Below, piece after piece: positions 8,883 through 16,718 of a stretch of DNA of 32,000 bases; the stretch's first letter is position 1, and each line of letters begins with the position of its first letter. Where the stretch lies: positions 30,001 to 62,000 of the forward strand of contig JAWOFX010000057.1 in assembly GCA_046497275.1 (NCBI GenBank), given 5' to 3'. A program made the position numbers and the translations under genes. Below the pieces are notes generated by a model. The model was not told the DNA's origin and ran no database searches. It saw only the letters and a list, made by a program, of their open reading frames with translations. This DNA comes from Promethearchaeia archaeon (GTDB lineage Archaea > Asgardarchaeota > Lokiarchaeia > Sigyniarchaeales > SOKP01).

Positions 8883-10169
8883 ATGAAAAGACGTAATACA
8901 CGCTATTTTATACTTTATTGTATAATTCCACTACTTTTTGTTTCACAATTTTCACCTCTGATAAAACTAGAGATATCCAATAACCAAAATTCGATATACT
9001 TATCAAATTCGGGAACGTCTAATTATACTATTCCTCAAAATGTGACCTATCAAGTGGAAACCAACTTTTCTATCCAGCAATTAACTGGTTCTGGGAATTA
9101 TTATTTAAAATTCGCTAAATTAAATAACAAAACTCCTGATTCCGCTCTAATGAGATTTTCTCCCCCATACCAAAAATCATTTCCTTATGACAGATTTATT
9201 TTAGGAAATACCCCTTCTCAAACCGATTTAGATCATCAAGATAGATTTAACAATACCTATGATTCTTTCAATATAAGTTTAGGAGCAATTTCTAACCCAG
9301 AATTCAATTATGTTCAAAAATATAATGTCACTCTAAATGAAATTTCTTTTAATACTATTCAAGACTCAGATATAGGAGATTATGATTATTCTGATGTAAT
9401 GTTTGATTTGTATTGTAATAATTCTGTTGAATATTATAATGTTAGTGATCCTATTCTTATAGAAGCCTCTGATAATATTGTTCAAGGAGCATCAAATGTA
9501 GTTGAAAAAGCAAGAAAAATCATTCAGTGGATTAGAGACAATATAGAATATGAAGCTAGTGAAGATGAGGAGAAGGGGGCAAGTTGGGCATACGAGAATA
9601 AAAAAGGAGATTGCTCTGAATTCGCGACTTTAATGGTAACATTGCTACGTATACAAAATATACCTGCCAGAAAAGTATCTGGATATTTAATTTCAAATAA
9701 TCCTCGACTAAGACCAAGAGTTGGACAAACATGGACTTTTCAATTTAGCAAAACAGAAAATGGAAATTTTTTAGGACACGCATGGGTGGAATATTATATA
9801 CCAAATGTAGGCTGGATCGCATGTGATCCAACATGGTTTCAATCTGATTCCACATATTTTAATTATATCGATTTTTTACGATTTAATTTTAATGTAGGGC
9901 AATGGTTTTATTGTCCAGGTTCAGGTCCAGATCCAGGTCCAAGTGATGATTACAAAAGTGAATTTCCAAATCCATGGTTTTATGGAATGTCTAGTGGAGA
10001 TATAGATTATGAATATCAGTTTAAAGTAACTGTGTTAGAGGCGAATTTAAAGCCACAAGTTTGGATTTATTTTCTGATATTTGGCTTACCCATTGTTATT
10101 ATATTAGCAATTGTTGCTTATTTAATAGTAAGAAGAAGGAAAAAATCAAGAGAGTTAGTTTTATACTAA
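8883..10169 (+). CDS. Secreted, C-terminally membrane-anchored transglutaminase-like (Cys-His-Asp) protein
   Basis: Signal-like N-terminus; catalytic motifs GDCSEFA, GHAWVEYY and CDPTW; C-terminal TM helix followed by RRRKK. Confidence 0.85.
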   Translation: MKRRNTRYFILYCIIPLLFVSQFSPLIKLEISNNQNSIYLSNSGTSNYTIPQNVTYQVETNFSIQQLTGSGNYYLKFAKLNNKTPDSALMRFSPPYQKSFPYDRFILGNTPSQTDLDHQDRFNNTYDSFNISLGAISNPEFNYVQKYNVTLNEISFNTIQDSDIGDYDYSDVMFDLYCNNSVEYYNVSDPILIEASDNIVQGASNVVEKARKIIQWIRDNIEYEASEDEEKGASWAYENKKGDCSEFATLMVTLLRIQNIPARKVSGYLISNNPRLRPRVGQTWTFQFSKTENGNFLGHAWVEYYIPNVGWIACDPTWFQSDSTYFNYIDFLRFNFNVGQWFYCPGSGPDPGPSDDYKSEFPNPWFYGMSSGDIDYEYQFKVTVLEANLKPQVWIYFLIFGLPIVIILAIVAYLIVRRRKKSRELVLY

Positions 10170-10176
10170 ATAAAGC

Positions 10177-11589
10177 TTAAATATAGGTATTTATCAGCTC
10201 GATTAGATTGGTTGATAAATCCGGTAAATTTTTTTCTATTTTTTCAATCTCTATTTGATTTTCTAACAGAATTAAAAGATATAGCTTATATTTATCTACT
10301 TGAATTTTCTTAAATATTAATTTTTTGGACTCATCAGTTATCCCTGAGGTAGTTATGAAATCTTTCTCTAACAATTTAAATTCTTTAAATGTTTTATACA
10401 ATGTCTGGAAATGAGGAGCTGAAATTTCAAAAACTTGTCCGGATATATCGTCTTTTGAATAATTCGATAATATAATACCACTATCATTCAAAAGGAGAAT
10501 AGCATCTGTTTTAGTTTTCTTTGCAAATCGTTTTAATTGTTGCTTGAATAATTTTCTATTAGGACTGAGTTGAGAAAGACCAAATGAATAGGCAGAAATT
10601 AATGACCAATGAGCAAAAATAGAAGTTTTAAAAATCTTAACAAAAAACCTGTCGGAAAGATTCTTTATGTGTTCACTGATATGCTTCACATTACTCTCGA
10701 TCTCTTCAGAATCCTTTAAATCAGGGTCATATTTATTTAAACAAACCACAATAGGAGGATATTCGTCAAGTTCATTTAGCGAGGTTATAATTCTTCGAAA
10801 TAAAGCCAAACTTTTGTCTAAACGTTGAGTATCTTGTATATCAACGAAAAAAAACAATAGATCAACATTATACAAATAAATTTTACTCTGTTCAAAATAT
10901 CTTTCTAAATATTTTTTCTGACCACCCAAGTCCCAAATCATAATTTGAGAAGAATCATTAGATAAGAGATGCTCTTCCGAGCGATCAACTCCTTTAGTTG
11001 GTAAAGATTTGATTATTTCTGAATATTTTTTCTTTACTCCTAATAAAAAACTTGTTTTTCCCACTTTATCTAATCCTGCGAAAACGACTTTAATTTTACG
11101 TTTTGAAGAGAATGGATCTTTTAATTCGCTAGTAAAATTAATTAATTCGTTTTTTAATGAACCTATAATTCTATGATAGCTCTCTTCATCGGGAGACTTC
11201 TGAATCTGTGAGGCTATACGATCTATTATAACTCGTAAATATTTCATATTTTCATAAAAAAAAGTTCTGTTATTTTCATCCACTAAAATTGTTATTGTGG
11301 CGGCTTTCGCTTGTCCTCTTGCTTCAGGGTCAGCAATTAAAAAGAAATAGGTCAGTCCATTTAATTTTAGATCAGGAAACGGAATTACTCCAAAGTAATT
11401 AATTCCATCAATTTCGAAACTATCTTGATAGGTGGCATCTCCCATAAGAATACTGATTGTTTTCATAGCGATAAGCATAGTTGCCATTTGATCCATTGAT
11501 TCAGGCCAAACAACTAATGGAGATGGACCTTCTTCGTCGAACACACTTAGAGTTATAGCCTTAATTATATCTTTATCAGAAGTTTCCAT
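10177..11589 (-). CDS. uDENN/longin-like domain + Rag/Arf-like small GTPase + C-terminal roadblock/longin-like domain
   Basis: N-terminal LSVFDEEGPSPLVVWP. GTPase motifs are G1 GLDKVGKTS, G2 PT, G3 WDLGGQ, G4 NKYD and G5 TSIF. C-terminal DAILLLNDSGIILS fits a roadblock pattern. Confidence 0.8.
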   Translation of the reverse strand: METSDKDIIKAITLSVFDEEGPSPLVVWPESMDQMATMLIAMKTISILMGDATYQDSFEIDGINYFGVIPFPDLKLNGLTYFFLIADPEARGQAKAATITILVDENNRTFFYENMKYLRVIIDRIASQIQKSPDEESYHRIIGSLKNELINFTSELKDPFSSKRKIKVVFAGLDKVGKTSFLLGVKKKYSEIIKSLPTKGVDRSEEHLLSNDSSQIMIWDLGGQKKYLERYFEQSKIYLYNVDLLFFFVDIQDTQRLDKSLALFRRIITSLNELDEYPPIVVCLNKYDPDLKDSEEIESNVKHISEHIKNLSDRFFVKIFKTSIFAHWSLISAYSFGLSQLSPNRKLFKQQLKRFAKKTKTDAILLLNDSGIILSNYSKDDISGQVFEISAPHFQTLYKTFKEFKLLEKDFITTSGITDESKKLIFKKIQVDKYKLYLLILLENQIEIEKIEKNLPDLSTNLIELINTYI

Positions 11590-11781
11590 TTTTCACTTAG
11601 GTATTTTTTATCGCAAGTTAGTCAAATTCTTTAAGATAATTTTCTCTAATAAATACTCTCAAAAATAAAGAATTAAAAAATTAATTTCATACCATTTTCA
11701 AAATTATTTTTTAAACTATATATTTTCACTATTTTTAAACTCTCTGATCTTTTATAAAAACAAATCTATTCTTTACTTTAT

Positions 11782-12570
11782 ATGTTCCATTTCCGATCTA
11801 GAGATGAAATAATCCCGTTATTTCATGAGATCTATAATATTTTGTGTACTTTAGAGAGAGATTTAGATGAACCATGGTATAAAATTGATAAGATTGAATT
11901 TTTCCAGAAATACTCTTCACAAGAAATTGATTCGATCATCATGAACTTTGATTTTCTTCATAATGAGAGTTGGAATCATGTTTCTATTAATAAAATAGAT
12001 TTCGTTTTAGACTCCTTAAATTTTCTGGAACATGATATTTCCCAACTTTCGATGATTTTAAATTATAGTAATTTCGAAAAATTAGTCAAGCGAATACTTG
12101 CTTTTAACGAATTCAATGTTATCAACAATTTCAGATTTTCTGATAAATCGAATTATAAGAAACAGACGGATCAACACCGTTATGAAATAGACGTAATCGG
12201 ATTAAATCGAAAAATATTAATTTTAATTGATGCGAAACAATGGAATAGAAGAGATTCTTTTTCAGCTATTAATAAAGCAGCGAATCTTCAACTTCAAAGA
12301 GCGAGAGCCTTAAAAAATAATCCTTTAATACTAGGAGATTTAATCACCACTTTAATCGGAAAAGTTAATGATATTAAAAATCAACTCCCACTCACCTTCA
12401 TCCCTATTATGGTAACTTTAGAAGAAAGCAATATTAAATTAAACCATAATAAAGTTCCTTTAGTTTCAATATACAAATTAAATTCTTTTTTACAAGAATT
12501 GAATGAGAATTTGTATTATTTTAATACAATTATAATTGATAAACTCTCCATTCAAGAAACAATCCTATAA
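11782..12570 (+). CDS. PD-(D/E)xK nuclease-fold protein (restriction-endonuclease/NERD-like)
   Basis: YSNFEKLVKRIL...YEIDVIG...LILIDAKQW fits the E...D...DxK nuclease motif. Confidence 0.7.
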   Translation: MFHFRSRDEIIPLFHEIYNILCTLERDLDEPWYKIDKIEFFQKYSSQEIDSIIMNFDFLHNESWNHVSINKIDFVLDSLNFLEHDISQLSMILNYSNFEKLVKRILAFNEFNVINNFRFSDKSNYKKQTDQHRYEIDVIGLNRKILILIDAKQWNRRDSFSAINKAANLQLQRARALKNNPLILGDLITTLIGKVNDIKNQLPLTFIPIMVTLEESNIKLNHNKVPLVSIYKLNSFLQELNENLYYFNTIIIDKLSIQETIL

Positions 12571-12768
12571 TTCGTTTGAATGACAAAATAAATTCTAAGT
12601 AAGAAAATATTTGTCATATCCTATCATTATTTTTTTATATATGATAATTCTTATAATACGGAATAAAATGAACTTAAATTGACAAAAATAATGAAATTTT
12701 TATTCCAAGAAATGGCAAAAATTATTTAATTATTTAAGAATTTAGATATTTGAGTATAACGCAAAACT

Positions 12769-12773
12769 GGTGA
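12769..12773 (+). promoter_or_regulatory. Shine-Dalgarno GGTGA, 6 nt upstream of a probable ATT start at 12780
   Basis: The same motif with 5-9 nt spacing precedes the genes starting at 16289, 22460 and 23728. Confidence 0.55.
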
Positions 12774-12779
12774 ACAATA

Positions 12780-13472
12780 ATTAGTAAAAAAGATTCTCCC
12801 ACTGATTATGAACTCGAAATACTAGAGTGTGTCAGAAATCATCCATCAGGGGTAACAATTACCGATATCGCTGATCTCTTAGGGTTTTCCAGAAATACCG
12901 TGTCAAAATACATTAGTATTCTCGAATTGAAGAACAAGATTTATAAAAAGAAAGTTGGGGCGTATTCTCTGTATTTTAGTTCTGAAGAGAGCTATTTACC
13001 TAATAGTTTGATATTATCGTATTATAAAGCGTTTTTAAAAGGACTCCGCAAAAATTTTCCCAATAAAGAGGAAGTGTTTAAAAATATTGGTCAAAATCAA
13101 GCTGATATGATAAAATTTTCTTTTAGTCCCAATATTTATAAGCAATTGAAGAGTTTGAAAGGTCATCCTGTATCTAAGATCCACTTAGAAATGTTTAAAG
13201 AATTTTATTCCGCCTATGACATTTTCCAACCTAATGTAGAAATCTCAATATTGGATGTCGATCCTAAAGGTCAAAAGGCTATCTATCGGTTCAAGAATTC
13301 CGTGTTTTTAGATGACAATGACCTTTATATTTATCATATTTACCTAATGTCAGGAATCACGCAAGCAATCTTGGAAAGAGAACTGGGAAGGGATGTTATA
13401 TGTAAAGTAGAGAATTATCACATCAGTGATGATAAAAGAGATTCTTATTTTGACATTTCAATTACTCTCTGA
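12780..13472 (+). CDS. HTH + V4R/HNOB-like ligand-binding transcriptional regulator (true start upstream of the ORF-track start at 12900)
   Basis: The frame is open from 12774 and encodes ...ELEILECVRNHPSGVTITDIADLLGFSRNTVSKYISILE..., a complete wHTH. The GTG at 12900 falls inside the recognition helix. The C-terminal YLMSGITQAILERELG...CKVE fits V4R-like domains. Confidence 0.75.
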   Translation: MSKKDSPTDYELEILECVRNHPSGVTITDIADLLGFSRNTVSKYISILELKNKIYKKKVGAYSLYFSSEESYLPNSLILSYYKAFLKGLRKNFPNKEEVFKNIGQNQADMIKFSFSPNIYKQLKSLKGHPVSKIHLEMFKEFYSAYDIFQPNVEISILDVDPKGQKAIYRFKNSVFLDDNDLYIYHIYLMSGITQAILERELGRDVICKVENYHISDDKRDSYFDISITL

Positions 13473-13625
13473 GATTCTTATTAGATTCTTTTTCGTAGTT
13501 TATTCATTGAATTATCTCAAATATAGAAAATTATTACTTCTTACTGAATTGTAAATATGGTTATTTTGAGTCTAAATCATAAAAAAACATAATAAAAAAA
13601 ATTAAATAAAATTAGAAATATAATT

Positions 13626-16289
13626 TTAGGGACTATGTGTGCCATCGCCATCATATATAGTCCAATTAAATGTGTCAACAATATATTGCCTTGCGGTAGC
13701 AGGAGCACCTGGATCAGTACATACCGAATTTCCAGCACTGAATTCGACCTCAGGTTGTAAAGTTAAATTCGACCAACCTATCAATAAACTGTCATAATTC
13801 GCAGTTGATAATGTAAGACTATTAAACATGCCAGCCATATTTGAAACTTGCGATACGTTCCAGCTACCTAAATCCTGATCGAACGATGAAGCTCCAGAGA
13901 ACATATATTGCATATTTTCCACATTTGAAACATCCCAGTCACCAATATCTTGATTAAAGGAAGTAGCATTGAAAAATATAGAGTCCATATTATTTACGCT
14001 CGATATATTCCAATTTCCTAAATACTGATCGAACGATGATGCTCCAGAGAACATAGAGTTCATATAAACAACACTGTTAACATTCCAATTACTAATGTCT
14101 TGATTGAAAGAAGTTGCATTCAAAAACATACCACTCATAGAAATTACATTTGATACATCCCAATTGCTAATAGGTCCGTTAAACAAGAGATCATCTCCAA
14201 ACATGAAATGCATATTATTCACATTTGATACATTCCAGTTATTCAAATCCTGATTAAAAGAATCAGCACGGAAAAACATCCACCCCATATTAGTCACCCC
14301 TGAGACATCCCAACTACCGACATCTTGATTAAAATCATGAGCCATATAGAACATACTGTACATAGTTGTTACATTTGATACTATCCAGTTGCCAATATCT
14401 TGATTAAAGTAAGTCGATCTAAACATAAAACTCATATCTTTTACATTTGAGACATCCCAGTCACCAATGTCTTGATTAAAAGAGGTTGCTGCTGAAAACA
14501 TTCTAGACATATCAGTAACACTCGATACTTCCCAATTACTTATATTTTGGTTAAAGGAATACGCAGCATCAAACATTTCCCTCATATCTTCCACTTTTGA
14601 TACGTCCCATCCTCCAATATCTTGATTAAATGAAATAGCACCATCAAACAATCCTGTCATATCTTCCACATTTGATACAGTCCAATTACCGATATCTTGA
14701 TCGAAGGAGGAAGCTCCAGAGAACATAAACCTCATATCAATAACACTCGATACATTCCATCCACCTATATCTTGATTGAATGGTGTACCATAAAACATAT
14801 AATCCATATTCAAAACCTTGGAAACATCCCATCCTCCAATAGATCCATTGAATTTTGTAGCCACATTAAACATGTGATTCATATCCGTGACGTTGGATAC
14901 GTTCCATCCTCCGATATCTTGATTAAACACTTCAGCAGCCTCAAACATCCCACTCATATCTATCACATTGGAAACATCCCAACCTCCTATATCTTGATTA
15001 AAAGAAATCGCGTGCAAAAACATCCCACTCATATCAGTAACACTTGAGACATCCCAATCACTAATACTTTGATTAAATGTATTGGCGTATCTAAACATAC
15101 TTTTCATATTAGTGACACTTGATACATCCCAGTTATTAAGATCTTGATTAAAAGCATCAGCTCCTGAAAACATATGATTCATATCTCTAACATTCGATAC
15201 ATTCCAACTTCCAATATCTTGATTGAAGGAAGAAGCAGCGGTGAACATTGCGTACATAGACTCCACATTTGACACATCCCACTCACCAATATCTTGATTA
15301 AAGTAATGAACATCATAAAACATGTAGCTCATATCCGTCACGCTAGATACATCCCAACCTCCAATATCTTGATTAAAATAATCAGTACCACCCAGCATCC
15401 CCCTCATGTTAGTAACACTTGATACATTCCATTCTCCAATATCTTGATTGAAAGAAGAAGCGTGAAAAAACATAAAACTCATATCTGTGACACTCGACAC
15501 ACACCAATCACCAATATCTTGGTTAAAATAATCAGCAGTACTAAACATATATCTCATATCTCTTACATTGGAAACATCCCATCCTCCAATGTCTTGATTG
15601 AAAGCTTCATTAGAATTAAACATATAGCTCATATCTCTTACATTGGAAACATCCCATCCCCCGATACTTTGATTGAAATCAGTCCATTGGAACATATGAC
15701 TCATATCTTCAACATTTGATACATCCCATCCATTGATATTTTGCAAATTATCAGGTTGAAGGTTATAGCAAGAAGTAAAAGCTAAATCTAAACTTAATGT
15801 ACCAGTCAAATCTAGAATATCGGTTGCGGTAATCTCAAGATTTTCGCATCCATAAAAATATCCTCCAGAATTGCCTAGCAGTAAGACACCCCATTGTTTT
15901 ATCTCAAGGATTTTGTCTTTATCTCCGTTATTATTAAACCTCCAACCGATGATTGTCCCTGTTATATTTATTGTATATACTCCCTCTGAGGTATAGGTAT
16001 GGGTGGTTTCCGCTTGATCCCAACTCGTTATATTATCCTCGGTTCCATCGCCCCACTCTACTTTAAAATTATAGGTTCCAGACGATTCCAGTGGTAATTT
16101 GATTTGGTCGCTATTACTTGATCCAGAACTTGTGAATGTAGTATTCCAGGTGGATATAAAGGGCTCCCCTTGGAATTCTCCATCTCCACCGTCAGGGGCC
16201 TGTAAAAATACTAACAACAAACCTATAGTGAGCCCACTCACGATAAGAACAGCGATGAGTATAATTGCAAACTTTTTTTTCTTTATCAT
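13626..16289 (-). CDS. Membrane-anchored BspA/DUF285 (25-residue repeat) surface protein with a PKD-like domain
   Basis: N-terminal TM anchor, WGDGT PKD-like motif, and 26 FNQDIGxWDVSxVxxMxxMF repeats. The ATG at 16289 follows GGTGA, so the ORF-track GTG at 16298 is probably part of the SD. Confidence 0.92.
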   Translation of the reverse strand: MIKKKKFAIILIAVLIVSGLTIGLLLVFLQAPDGGDGEFQGEPFISTWNTTFTSSGSSNSDQIKLPLESSGTYNFKVEWGDGTEDNITSWDQAETTHTYTSEGVYTINITGTIIGWRFNNNGDKDKILEIKQWGVLLLGNSGGYFYGCENLEITATDILDLTGTLSLDLAFTSCYNLQPDNLQNINGWDVSNVEDMSHMFQWTDFNQSIGGWDVSNVRDMSYMFNSNEAFNQDIGGWDVSNVRDMRYMFSTADYFNQDIGDWCVSSVTDMSFMFFHASSFNQDIGEWNVSSVTNMRGMLGGTDYFNQDIGGWDVSSVTDMSYMFYDVHYFNQDIGEWDVSNVESMYAMFTAASSFNQDIGSWNVSNVRDMNHMFSGADAFNQDLNNWDVSSVTNMKSMFRYANTFNQSISDWDVSSVTDMSGMFLHAISFNQDIGGWDVSNVIDMSGMFEAAEVFNQDIGGWNVSNVTDMNHMFNVATKFNGSIGGWDVSKVLNMDYMFYGTPFNQDIGGWNVSSVIDMRFMFSGASSFDQDIGNWTVSNVEDMTGLFDGAISFNQDIGGWDVSKVEDMREMFDAAYSFNQNISNWEVSSVTDMSRMFSAATSFNQDIGDWDVSNVKDMSFMFRSTYFNQDIGNWIVSNVTTMYSMFYMAHDFNQDVGSWDVSGVTNMGWMFFRADSFNQDLNNWNVSNVNNMHFMFGDDLLFNGPISNWDVSNVISMSGMFLNATSFNQDISNWNVNSVVYMNSMFSGASSFDQYLGNWNISSVNNMDSIFFNATSFNQDIGDWDVSNVENMQYMFSGASSFDQDLGSWNVSQVSNMAGMFNSLTLSTANYDSLLIGWSNLTLQPEVEFSAGNSVCTDPGAPATARQYIVDTFNWTIYDGDGTHSP
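13830..15745 (-). repeat. Intragenic ~75-bp degenerate tandem repeat array (26 units) encoding the DUF285 repeats
   Basis: Recurrent + strand ACATCCCA...TCTTGATTAAA units at a ~75-bp period. Boundaries are approximate. Confidence 0.9.
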
Positions 16290-16356
16290 TAAATTCACCT
16301 ATATTTTTTTAAAAAGGTTATAGAGATGATCTTATTTTCCTTGCTTTTATAGATAT

Positions 16357-16368
16357 ACTATCGATAGT
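16357..16368. promoter_or_regulatory. 12-bp perfect palindrome ACTATCGATAGT
   Basis: Read directly from the sequence; it lies 5 bp from the larger palindrome, upstream of the DUF285 gene. Confidence 0.35.
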
Positions 16369-16373
16369 TCCAT

Positions 16374-16400
16374 GAAACTTCCATTCAGAATGGAAGTTTC
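16374..16400. repeat. 27-bp inverted repeat GAAACTTCCATTC-A-GAATGGAAGTTTC (operator, terminator or cruciform candidate)
   Basis: Perfect 13-bp arms with a 1-nt centre, intergenic, about 85-110 bp upstream of the DUF285 start. Confidence 0.7.
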
Positions 16401-16718
16401 TTCTTTTAATAAATTTTTAATAATTAATATAGGATTTCTGTGAAAAATAAGAATATAACCTTTCAAAATAAAGAAAAATTAAATAAAAATAGGATGTTAA
16501 TATTGGAAAGTACTTATTTTGATAAATTAAAAACTCTGAATAATTTATCTAGGGTGTCAGATCTTGTAAAAAATGATAATTTCAATAATAGAAAAAAAAG
16601 GCATTAAAAAATTCAACATTTAAAAAATATCTTATTTTGTGGGCTCGAGGTTTCTTTAAAAATTAGAAAAATAATAGTGAGTATAATAAAATACTCTATT
16701 ATCGAAGAGAATTATGAA

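Noticed and set aside
13830-15745. 75-bp periodic repeats as a CRISPR array or diversity-generating retroelement target
   Set aside because: The repeats are degenerate, in frame and protein-coding, with no unique spacers. There is no cas gene, reverse transcriptase or template repeat in the window.
14697-16323. + strand ORFs at 14697-15047, 15444-15719 and 16099-16323
   Set aside because: They are antisense shadows of the DUF285 repeat gene with no independent motifs.
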